50,448 nucleotides of DNA from NCBI GenBank assembly GCA_028286725.1, contig JAQBQZ010000005.1:1-50448 (forward strand), read 5' to 3'. Below are positions 28,893 to 37,470 of the stretch, in pieces. The stretch's first letter is position 1; the number at the start of each line of letters is the position of its first letter. Below the pieces are notes generated by a model. That model was not told the origin of the DNA, made no database searches, and was given only the letters and a program-made list of their open reading frames with translations. The translations under genes were made by a program, and so were the position numbers. The stretch is from Candidatus Tayloriibacteriota bacterium. GTDB lineage: Bacteria; Patescibacteriota; Minisyncoccia; Phycocordibacterales; CAIRYW01.

Positions 28893-29738
28893 ATGAAAAA
28901 CGCGATTCTTTTTGGATTTGGAAATATTGGAAAAGTTTTGGCAGAACAAATTCCAAAAGAGAAAATTGATCTTAAATATATTGTAAACTCAAAAGGAGTA
29001 TTTGATTCTAGCCTTTCAAAACAAGGTGATTTGAGTGATTGGAAGATCTTCGCAAATGATATAGGAATTGTATTCATTACAATCCCAACAGTTAGTGACG
29101 GCGCTAAAGCTTTGGAATACGCTTCATTTTTTCTTGAGAAAGATATCCCTGTAGTGACTTGTGAGAAAGCATCGATCGCAAATCACTTTGAATATTTTAA
29201 AAAACATGAAAATATTTTTAAGTTCACAGCATCTGTTGGTGGTGGAACGAAAATGTTAGAACGATTGTCAAAATTTGATGGAGAAGTTTTTGAAATAAAG
29301 GGAATTGTAAATGGAACTCTTAATTTCATAGGAGACAGTTTGAAAAAAGGAATCAATAAAAATGAAATAGTGAAAGAGATCTTAGAAAAAGGTTTTGCAG
29401 AGCCGGGAGCAAATACATTTGAAGAAATTATCGAAGGAGAGTTGAATGACATTCGGCTCAAAACAGTGATCCTTGCGAATAGTTCGGGAATGTTTGAAAA
29501 AATAATTGGACCTCAAGACATAAAGATCGCTCGAAAAGATCTCGCTAAAAGATGTATCGTGAAAATTTCAAAAGAAAAAATCGAAGCCGGGTTCTTGGAA
29601 GATAACGATGCTGAGTGGCTTCCGGATGGGGTGAATAATGTGTTGTATATAAACACTAAAAAAGTATGTTTTGGTCCTGGGGCAGGGGCTGTGGCAACAG
29701 TTGAATCAATGCTTGGAGATCTAAAAAGTTTGATATAA
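28893..29738 (+). CDS. hom: Homoserine dehydrogenase (short, no ACT domain)
   Basis: GFGNIG, PVVTCEK, ASVGGG, GIVNGTLNFI, GFAEP, GPGAG. Confidence 0.85.
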   Translation: MKNAILFGFGNIGKVLAEQIPKEKIDLKYIVNSKGVFDSSLSKQGDLSDWKIFANDIGIVFITIPTVSDGAKALEYASFFLEKDIPVVTCEKASIANHFEYFKKHENIFKFTASVGGGTKMLERLSKFDGEVFEIKGIVNGTLNFIGDSLKKGINKNEIVKEILEKGFAEPGANTFEEIIEGELNDIRLKTVILANSSGMFEKIIGPQDIKIARKDLAKRCIVKISKEKIEAGFLEDNDAEWLPDGVNNVLYINTKKVCFGPGAGAVATVESMLGDLKSLI

Positions 29739-29754
29739 TAACAGAAATAAAAAA

Positions 29755-30522
29755 ATGGTAACAATCAAGACAAAAGAAGAAATAGCAAAGCTTAAAAAAG
29801 GGGGAAAAATCCTTCATGATCTTTTACATTTCCTTGCGGCAGAAGTAAGGGAGGGTGTTTCGACTAAATATTTGGAGACCTTGGCTCGAAAAAAGATTGA
29901 GGAAGTGGGGGCGACGCCCGCATTTCTCAATTACACTCCTCATGGCGCTGCGAGACCTTTTCCTGCGGCACTGTGCGTTTCCGTTAATGATGTGGTTGTT
30001 CACGGTATTCCAAATGAAAACCCAATAATACTTAAAAATGGAGATATTGTAACGATCGACACGGGAATCTGTTTCGAGGGACTCTACACTGATTCAGCAA
30101 TCACGGTCCCGGTAGGCGAGGTGAGTAAAACTTCGGAGCTACTTCTTAAGGCGACAAAAGAGGCTCTAAATATGGCTATAAAAGTGGTCAGGGACGGTGC
30201 GACAACAGGAGATATTGGGATTGCTATTGAACGCGTAGCGAAAAAATATGGATTTTCTCCTGCAGAAGATTTGGGTGGTCATGGAGTCGGATATTCTCAA
30301 CATGAAGATCCATTCATTCCGAATTTCAAAATGCGGGGCAAAGGTGTAGTGCTCAAAGAGGGGATGGTTTTGGCAGTTGAACCAATGCTAAACGAGGGAA
30401 CATCGAGAGTGGAATTTCTCTCTGATGGATACACTGTGGTGACTGCAGATGGAAAACGAAGTGCGCATTTCGAACATACGATCGTGGTAACAAAAAATGG
30501 AGCAGAAATTCTAACTCTTTAA
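29755..30522 (+). CDS. map: Type I methionine aminopeptidase
   Basis: SVNDVVVHGIP, DSAIT, GHGVG..HEDP, AVEPM, SAHFEHT. Confidence 0.97.
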   Translation: MVTIKTKEEIAKLKKGGKILHDLLHFLAAEVREGVSTKYLETLARKKIEEVGATPAFLNYTPHGAARPFPAALCVSVNDVVVHGIPNENPIILKNGDIVTIDTGICFEGLYTDSAITVPVGEVSKTSELLLKATKEALNMAIKVVRDGATTGDIGIAIERVAKKYGFSPAEDLGGHGVGYSQHEDPFIPNFKMRGKGVVLKEGMVLAVEPMLNEGTSRVEFLSDGYTVVTADGKRSAHFEHTIVVTKNGAEILTL

Positions 30523-30645
30523 GAAATTTTTCATTAAAAATGCATCGAATGTTTCTGGCTTTTGATGCATTTTTTCTTTTTACAAAAAAAGTCAGTTTTT
30601 ATCCAAAATTGATTCGATTTTAGAAAAATTTCATCCCATTTTTTG

Positions 30646-30694
30646 TTATATTTTATATTTTATATTTTTGATTCCATATTTTCGATTTTAACTT
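30646..30694. repeat. Heptamer tandem array
   Basis: ttatatt|ttatatt|ttatatt|tttgatt|ccatatt|ttcgatt|ttaactt. Confidence 0.65.
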
Positions 30695-30810
30695 TACTTA
30701 TCACGACGAGCGAGAAGCGCGTGTACGAGTATTTTTTCTCTCGTCCACAGCGTTCGAGTCGATGTCGGGACAAATAACATCATTCCGAATTCAAGGTTAT
30801 TTATCCCCAT
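30694..30810 (-). CDS. Possible 38-aa small ORF (or structured RNA)
   Basis: Manual translation MGINNLEFGMMLFVPTSTRTLWTREKILVHALLARRDK; its stop is followed directly by the heptamer array. Confidence 0.3.
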   Translation of the reverse strand: MGINNLEFGMMLFVPTSTRTLWTREKILVHALLARRDK

Positions 30811-30856
30811 TTTTTAATAAAAATAATAGTGATTTTCGTGCTAAAATAAGAGTTAA

Positions 30857-33800
30857 ATGCGACTTGTATTCCGCACAATTTTCTTTGTTGTTTTCTCACT
30901 GATTTTTATATCAAAGCCTCTTGTTGCCGACGCCTCTATTGCGACAGAAACTGCCAAAAATATTGGAATATTTTATGCAAACTCGACTATCTCTCTTGCC
31001 GACAAGACAGGTGAGAAAATTTCTGGAGTAAAAGATTTTTATACTCCACTTTTTGTACATACCAGAGAGGATCTTAAAGGGATCTTCGATGGGGCATTTA
31101 TGGTTTCTAATACTGCGCTCAATTCTGTGATCGGTTTGGGAAGGGGAGTTCTCGATACGAGTGCATACCAGATTCAACATACTGGAGAAAATGTTGGAAG
31201 TGTTGTCGCATCTGCAGGTTCTGTACTCGATGATGTGAATAATGTTCTTTTTACAAAAACACCGGAGGTTATTTCAAAGGCAGATATTGCTAAAGTGGAA
31301 GTTACAATACAGGCTGAAGCTACTCCTGACACAAGCGTGTCGACCAAAAAAACAATTTCAGTTGAGAATTTTGCAAGTGCACAAAATGCGATTCACTTTG
31401 CTCTCCCGAGTGCGGAGGATCTTGGAAGTAAAGTTTTGAATGTATATCAAAATATTGGTAATGCGTTTTTGGATTCTGTCGCACACAATACGAATGAAAC
31501 AGTTTCTTCTTGGAAAGGTATGATCGACAAAACGAGAAATGTGGTCGCTGTAGTGAACAGCAACATCAACGAGGCGACAAACGCTCTCGGCAATGTGGGA
31601 TATATCGGAACTAAAAATGTTTTAGATGGTGGAATAGTCATTGGAAATGGAGTATTGAAAACAAGTGAAAAAGTTATTACAAAAACAGGAGATGTGGTTG
31701 CGAGTGCATTTGTTGGCACCAACAATCTTTTACACAACTCAAAGAATGTTTTGTTGGGTTCTGTGACATCTCTAACAGGGTCTTTGACACAGAGTAAAAA
31801 TAATTCCGTTGCGGGAGTTGGTGCGATCTGGGATTTTATAATTGACAAGATCTCAGCGCCTCTTGTGCCTCTCTTTTTCAATTCTTCAAACTCAGATGAG
31901 ACTTCGATAAATGTCATCGACTCAAAAAGTGGTACTGTTCAAAACGGTGTGGCAAATAACCAAAATTCAATAGCTGTAATAAAAAATAGTACAGGAAATA
32001 ATTCTGTCATTGAAAGGCTTGTTAGTAAAAACTCTTATTTCACTATTGATAATTCCGCAGAAATAAACAAATTGCGAGCTGAGATGATCACGCTCAATAC
32101 AAATACGATAAATTATCTCACTGATCGAATTGCGCTTCAGGGATACCACAGTGTGGGTGGTATATCAAATACGATCAATAATATTATCCAAAATGGAACT
32201 GGTACAAGTAACGCGATAAGTATCGATGCTTCAGGAGGGACAACAGGATTTTCATTTTCAGGGGGACCGATCACTTCATCTGGAACATTCACACTAGGGG
32301 GCATACTTAATATTGCAAATGGTGGCACCGGAACTTCGACGCTGCCTATCTATGGAAAGGTTTTGATCGGCAATGCGAATGGATCTTATGATCTTGTCGC
32401 AACATCAACGCTTGGTCTTGGAGGAAGTGGCGGGACAGTAACAAGTGTCGATCTTTCTGTGCCAACAGGGCTCACTGTTTCAGGTGGTCCTGTTACAACT
32501 TCGGGAACATTCGCACTCGGTCTTCAAAGTGGATACACGATCCCGCTTCTCGCATCAACGACAGAGTGGAATTCTGCATATTCAAATCGAATCACATCAG
32601 CATCAAGTCCACTTTCAATTGCGAACAATGTTATCTCACTTTCAACAGGCGGAGATTGGGCAGGAACTTTGGATGGGCAAAGCGGAAGCTATTACACGAA
32701 TGCCAATAATCTCACAAATTTTGGCACACCTTTTTATTCGTACTTCCACGCAACAACAACTGATGCACTTGCGCAAGGTTCTACAAACAAATATTATTCT
32801 TCGGCTCTTTTTGCAAACGATCTTACTGCAACAACATCACTCTCACATATTCAAACACTTGGGGGACTTAGTTCTTTTGGAATATCGGGGGCGACAACAA
32901 CTTCAACAGGAAATTTAAATGTTGCAGGAAACATTAATTTCAACGGTTCATTCCTCCAAAACGGCTCTCCATTTGTCGGAAGTCAGTGGAATACAAATGG
33001 ATCTGATATTTCATATTCTGCGGGGAATGTAGGAATTGGGACATCTACCCCTTCGGCAAAATTAGCAATTACTGGTAGTAGTTCAGGAGATGTGTTTACT
33101 GCCGCCTCTTCTTTTAATGCCCCTTTGTTTACAATTGGAAATACAGGGGTTGTCAAAGTTGCTGCTGTCAATTCAGCAGCAGGATCAATACAAGGACTTG
33201 ATAATTCAAGTTCTGGAATTGGCATATCGAGCGGAAATTTTAATTTTGGAAATTATGCCTACATAGTAGGAACACAAAACACTTTCAGAGTAAATTCGAA
33301 TCTTGCTTTCGGCTTTAGTACTGATATATTTAATAATACAAACGATGTCGCTGTATCTAGAATCTCATCTGGTGTTCTTGGTATTGGCACTGGTTTGGCG
33401 GGGAATAGTTCTGGCACATTGCTTGCAGGCAACATTGGAATCGGTACAACAACTCCGTGGAAGAATCTTTCAGTCGTAGGTGACATGGTTCTCACTGGAG
33501 GATTCTATGATTCACTTTCATCATCTGGTACAAACGGCATGGTACTTCAATCTACTGGATCAGCCACAAAATGGGTGGCAACAAGTACGCTTGGTCTTTC
33601 GTCAACACTTACTGGAACTACCGGTCAATTTGCATATTTTAGTGGGACTAATAATGCGGTGGGCACTTCGTCAATCTTTATTTCAACAGTAGGGAATGTA
33701 GGGATTGGCACAACGAATCCTAGTGGAAAGCTCGATGTTCAAGGAGGTTATACATACTTGAATGGTCTAAGAATTTCAGGATCTGACAACACAAACACCA

Positions 33801-36800
33801 TCTACCAACCTTCAGGAGCAATTGGAATCACTGCAGGAGGCGGAGGTCAAGGATTATTCGTAACAGCTAGTGGTGCAAGTTATGCGAACGGTGCTTTTGG
33901 TGCTGGAACAGCTTCGCCTGGGTATGCCTTACATGTAAGACCACTTGCAACTGATAAATATGGATTATATATCGATGGACTGTCAGCTCAAACTGCAAAT
34001 CTTGCGCAATTTAATGTCTCTGGCGTTCAAAAAGCTTACATCGATAAAGATGGAGGGGCATATTTTGGTGGCAATGTAAGTGTAGGTACAACAACTCCTT
34101 GGGGCCAGCTCTCAGTAAACCCCAACGGCATCACAGGACCATCATTCGTTGTTGGATCTTCAACTGCAACGAACTTTATTGTGACAAATGGAGGGAATGT
34201 GGGGGTAGGAACAGCAAATCCGACTCAAATGTTTGATGTCTTGGTGCCAACAAATGCCGATAAAGGATTTACATTCAGGTCAGGATCAGGGACTATTTTG
34301 ACTGGTACTAATGGATCATCTGGAAATTATGGCTTAACTTTAGCAAATGGCTTGGTGGCGATTGATAATTTTTATGGTCTCAGAATGACGAGTGGAAGTC
34401 TTCCAATTCAAGGTTTGGATAGCTCAGCAACTATTGCTCGCGATCTTTCAATTAGAGGAAAAACTCTGGAATTTAAAACTGGTAATAGTGGTTCTGCGTT
34501 TCCAAATACAGCTATGACAATAGATGTTAATGGTAATGTTGGTGTAGGTTCTACAACTCCTTGGGGTCAATTCTCTGTAAATCCAAACGGTATCACCGGC
34601 CCTTCATTTGTCGTCGGTTCTTCGACAGCGACGCAGTTTGTTGTATCAAATGGGGGAAATGTGGGAATTAACACTGCAGCCCCATCTTCAACATACAAGC
34701 TTGATATAAATGGTGGAGCGCGAATAACAACTGGAAATAGTCTTATTGTTGATACAGTATCTCCAAATGCGGGTGCGAATCTTACTCTTATTGCAGGGTC
34801 TTCTAACCGCGCTTACTTTGGAGGTAGTGGTGTGTTTGGTGGACAGCTCACAGCTGCTACCGGAGAACTTGGGATATCTGGTACGACTGTGCTTCGGTGG
34901 ACCAATGATGCAACATCATACGGTACGGCTGATATTGGATTTTCTCGAGGAGCTTCAGGAAAATTATATTTAGGTAACGGTACAGCAAGTGATTACACAG
35001 GAACGCTTATTGCGGGAAATATTGGTATCGGCACAACAACTCCTTGGGCTCAGCTCTCAGTAAATTCAAATGGAATTACAGGTCCTTCATTTGCTATCGG
35101 CTCTTCAACTGCAACAAGCTTTATTGTGACAAATGGAGGATATGTGGGAATTGGAACTTCTGCTCCAACTCGAAACTTTGTTGTTACCAATAATATTGCT
35201 GGCGCAGGTACGATATCCATTAGTCCAGGTGATCCAACATTAAGTACGGCAATTGGGGCTACTGTAATGCGAACAAATTCTACTGGTAATTTCGATTTTG
35301 ATAACCCAAAGACTATTAATTTTAACTTCAATACTGGAGATAATACTGGCGCAACCAGAAAATTCACCATAAATTATGGATCGGCCCAAACTAATGCATT
35401 AACGGTAGTTGGTGGCGTCGACCAAGCGAATGCAGGGTTTGTTGGTGTAGGTTCTACAACTCCTTGGGGTCAGTTCTCAATAAACCCAAATGGAATAACA
35501 GGGCCATCATTTGCAATCGGTTCATCAACGGCAACACAATTCATTGTGACAAATGGGGGATATGTTGGAATCGGAACCTCAACGCCAAACAACACACTTT
35601 CTGTAGTAGGTGCGGGGTATTTTACAACGGGGCTTTCAGTTGGAGGATCAAATGCGACGACTACTGGCACGCGAGTGTCCATGACACCTGGAACTTTCTC
35701 TTTATACAACAGTAGTGATACAAGCGCGAGATTAAGCCTCTCGCCTGGTGGAAGCGGTAGTTTGCCTAATGGTGTTCCTGGGATTGTTGTAAATTCGCAA
35801 AGTGGCGCTGGCAGTGCAAACTTGTATGGGGCAGCCATTGCTCAAAATGGTACACAAAATACTCTCTCTTTCTATGTCTCCAATGGCACGACGCTCATGA
35901 CCGAGCGTGCGAGGTTTGATAGTAATGGAAACTTTGGTATCGGAACAACTTCACCTCTTGCGCGCCTTGATGTTGTTGGTATTAACAACGGCACGTCACC
36001 GCTCTTTCAAGTTTCAAGTCTCGCTTCTTTTGCAACAACAACGAGATTTCTTATAGACTCAAGTGGAAATATAGGAATCGGAACTTCAACTCCAGCATTT
36101 CCACTTGATGTATATAGTACTGTGAACTCAACTCAAACATACGGATTTTTGAATGCGAGTGGAGTGGTTGGTACTGCAGGTCCAGGATCAAATGGTTATT
36201 CTATTCGTGCGCAAGGAAGAATTATGGCGCCAGAATTTAATGCAGTGTCGGACGCTCGTTTGAAGAATGTGAATTTTGAGCTTACTTCAGATGTGGCATT
36301 GGGAGCTCTTTTGAAACTTCAGCCTGTATCATTTAATTGGAAAAATGAACCAAATGGTCAACCTATTTTAGGTTTCCTTGCTCAAGATGTTGAAACTGTT
36401 ATTCCAAATGCAGTATCGAAAATAGCAACAGAAAATTTTGCAGATCAAAGAATGCTTGATTACAACCAGATTACGGCTGTGATGGTAGGAGCGGTTAAGG
36501 AGATCAAGATCGAGCTTGATGCTTTGAGTCAAAAGATCTCAAGTATGATGCCATGGTTTGTTGACGGTAAGTTCAAGGTCCAAAGTGACGTTTGTGTTGA
36601 TGACGTTTGTGTGACAAAGCAGCAATTCAAGCAAATGCTTTTGAACAGCGGTGCATCACATACGACAGTAAGTGTTCCAAATCCAAATAATACTTCAACC
36701 ACCACAGAATCCACATCAACAACAACTGAGTCAACTTCTACAACTACTCCGCCAAATGAAGATGTAAATACTCCTGTAGAAACTCCATCAGAACCAATAC

Positions 36801-36853
36801 CTGAACCTGCTTCAGCAGATGCGGCTCCGGCACCAGAGACTATAACCCCTTAA
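30857..36853 (+). CDS. Giant secreted fibre/adhesin-like protein with GNVGIGT repeats and a C-terminal peptidase S74 intramolecular chaperone domain
   Basis: Signal peptide; many G(N/Y)(V/I)GIGT(T/S)xP units; SDARLK..LQPVSFNWK..GFLAQDV..LDYNQI; Thr/Pro/Glu-rich tail. Confidence 0.85.
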   Translation: MRLVFRTIFFVVFSLIFISKPLVADASIATETAKNIGIFYANSTISLADKTGEKISGVKDFYTPLFVHTREDLKGIFDGAFMVSNTALNSVIGLGRGVLDTSAYQIQHTGENVGSVVASAGSVLDDVNNVLFTKTPEVISKADIAKVEVTIQAEATPDTSVSTKKTISVENFASAQNAIHFALPSAEDLGSKVLNVYQNIGNAFLDSVAHNTNETVSSWKGMIDKTRNVVAVVNSNINEATNALGNVGYIGTKNVLDGGIVIGNGVLKTSEKVITKTGDVVASAFVGTNNLLHNSKNVLLGSVTSLTGSLTQSKNNSVAGVGAIWDFIIDKISAPLVPLFFNSSNSDETSINVIDSKSGTVQNGVANNQNSIAVIKNSTGNNSVIERLVSKNSYFTIDNSAEINKLRAEMITLNTNTINYLTDRIALQGYHSVGGISNTINNIIQNGTGTSNAISIDASGGTTGFSFSGGPITSSGTFTLGGILNIANGGTGTSTLPIYGKVLIGNANGSYDLVATSTLGLGGSGGTVTSVDLSVPTGLTVSGGPVTTSGTFALGLQSGYTIPLLASTTEWNSAYSNRITSASSPLSIANNVISLSTGGDWAGTLDGQSGSYYTNANNLTNFGTPFYSYFHATTTDALAQGSTNKYYSSALFANDLTATTSLSHIQTLGGLSSFGISGATTTSTGNLNVAGNINFNGSFLQNGSPFVGSQWNTNGSDISYSAGNVGIGTSTPSAKLAITGSSSGDVFTAASSFNAPLFTIGNTGVVKVAAVNSAAGSIQGLDNSSSGIGISSGNFNFGNYAYIVGTQNTFRVNSNLAFGFSTDIFNNTNDVAVSRISSGVLGIGTGLAGNSSGTLLAGNIGIGTTTPWKNLSVVGDMVLTGGFYDSLSSSGTNGMVLQSTGSATKWVATSTLGLSSTLTGTTGQFAYFSGTNNAVGTSSIFISTVGNVGIGTTNPSGKLDVQGGYTYLNGLRISGSDNTNTIYQPSGAIGITAGGGGQGLFVTASGASYANGAFGAGTASPGYALHVRPLATDKYGLYIDGLSAQTANLAQFNVSGVQKAYIDKDGGAYFGGNVSVGTTTPWGQLSVNPNGITGPSFVVGSSTATNFIVTNGGNVGVGTANPTQMFDVLVPTNADKGFTFRSGSGTILTGTNGSSGNYGLTLANGLVAIDNFYGLRMTSGSLPIQGLDSSATIARDLSIRGKTLEFKTGNSGSAFPNTAMTIDVNGNVGVGSTTPWGQFSVNPNGITGPSFVVGSSTATQFVVSNGGNVGINTAAPSSTYKLDINGGARITTGNSLIVDTVSPNAGANLTLIAGSSNRAYFGGSGVFGGQLTAATGELGISGTTVLRWTNDATSYGTADIGFSRGASGKLYLGNGTASDYTGTLIAGNIGIGTTTPWAQLSVNSNGITGPSFAIGSSTATSFIVTNGGYVGIGTSAPTRNFVVTNNIAGAGTISISPGDPTLSTAIGATVMRTNSTGNFDFDNPKTINFNFNTGDNTGATRKFTINYGSAQTNALTVVGGVDQANAGFVGVGSTTPWGQFSINPNGITGPSFAIGSSTATQFIVTNGGYVGIGTSTPNNTLSVVGAGYFTTGLSVGGSNATTTGTRVSMTPGTFSLYNSSDTSARLSLSPGGSGSLPNGVPGIVVNSQSGAGSANLYGAAIAQNGTQNTLSFYVSNGTTLMTERARFDSNGNFGIGTTSPLARLDVVGINNGTSPLFQVSSLASFATTTRFLIDSSGNIGIGTSTPAFPLDVYSTVNSTQTYGFLNASGVVGTAGPGSNGYSIRAQGRIMAPEFNAVSDARLKNVNFELTSDVALGALLKLQPVSFNWKNEPNGQPILGFLAQDVETVIPNAVSKIATENFADQRMLDYNQITAVMVGAVKEIKIELDALSQKISSMMPWFVDGKFKVQSDVCVDDVCVTKQQFKQMLLNSGASHTTVSVPNPNNTSTTTESTSTTTESTSTTTPPNEDVNTPVETPSEPIPEPASADAAPAPETITP
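34070..35585 (+). repeat. Four copies of a conserved ~45-aa module separated by unrelated inserts
   Basis: TTPWGQ(L/F)SVNPNGITGPSF(V/A)(V/I)GSSTAT.F.V.NGG at about 34070, 34532, 35015 and 35440. Confidence 0.85.
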
Positions 36854-36877
36854 ATTTTATTTAAGAATTTAATTAAT

Positions 36878-37387
36878 ATGGCAACAGTTAATCGTTTTGA
36901 AGATTTGGTTGCGTTTCAAAAATCTCGAGAGTTAGTTAGGGAAATATACAAATCTCTTCGTGATTGTCGAGATGGAGGATTTAAAGATCAGATACAAAGA
37001 GCTTCTGTCTCGATACTTTCAAATATTGCAGAAGGTTTTGAGAGTGGGACCAAAGAGGGATTTTTGAACTATCTTTATATTGCCAAAGCTTCTGCAGGAG
37101 AGGTGAGGGCGCAATTGTATGTGGCACTGGATGTAGGATATTTAAATCCAGAAACATTAAGCAGTAGCGAATACCCGAGAGGGTGCAAATATTTACATGA
37201 GTTGGTTTTATCTTGCTCGAAGCTTGTGGCTAGTTTTATCGAAAAACTCAAACAAAACGGCATGGGTGGACTTCAAAGAAAAACGGTAGATAAGAAAGAC
37301 GTGCTCGCGGATTTGATGAAAGAAAAAGGATTTGAATACAAAGATGGGAAAGTGGTGAAGATTGATAACGGGAAATTTCAGCATTAA
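36878..37387 (+). CDS. Four-helix-bundle protein (23S rRNA IVP/Avd-like family) with a 9-codon internal insertion
   Basis: FEDLVAFQKS, DQIQRASVSILSNIAEG, FLNYLYIAKASAGEVRAQLYVALDVGYL. Confidence 0.9.
   Translation: MATVNRFEDLVAFQKSRELVREIYKSLRDCRDGGFKDQIQRASVSILSNIAEGFESGTKEGFLNYLYIAKASAGEVRAQLYVALDVGYLNPETLSSSEYPRGCKYLHELVLSCSKLVASFIEKLKQNGMGGLQRKTVDKKDVLADLMKEKGFEYKDGKVVKIDNGKFQH
37159..37185 (+). mobile_element. 27-nt hairpin micro-element, copy 2, in frame inside the four-helix-bundle gene
   Basis: Removing 37159-37185 joins GAA ACA TT|C AAA TAT = ETFKY. Confidence 0.65.
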
Positions 37388-37456
37388 GCTGATACCCGAG
37401 AGGGTGAAATATATAAAGATTTAAGAATTCAAGATTTAAATATTTAACATTTCAGA
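37386..37456 (+). repeat. Shortened micro-element (copy 3) at the stop codon, followed by a 7-8-nt ATTTAA-type array
   Basis: cattAAGC-TG-ATACCCGAGAGGGTG-aaat, then atataaag atttaaga attcaag atttaaat atttaac atttcaga. Confidence 0.6.
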
Positions 37457-37470
37457 GTATAATTAAACCT

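Noticed and set aside
30857-37387. Diversity-generating retroelement (Avd-like gene next to a fibre gene with repeats)
   Set aside because: There is no reverse transcriptase in the window. The repeats differ mostly at synonymous positions rather than at adenines only, and there is no non-coding template repeat.
37386-37410. CTGATACCCGAGAGGGTGAAA looks like a minimal hammerhead ribozyme core (CUGA...stem II...GAAA)
   Set aside because: It lacks the required CUGANGA (reads CUGAUAC), stems I and III are not evident, and the two longer copies lack CUGA.
27918-37410. CRISPR array from the repeated 26-nt hairpin sequence
   Set aside because: Copies are about 9.2 kb and 0.2 kb apart, not regularly spaced, and there are no cas genes.
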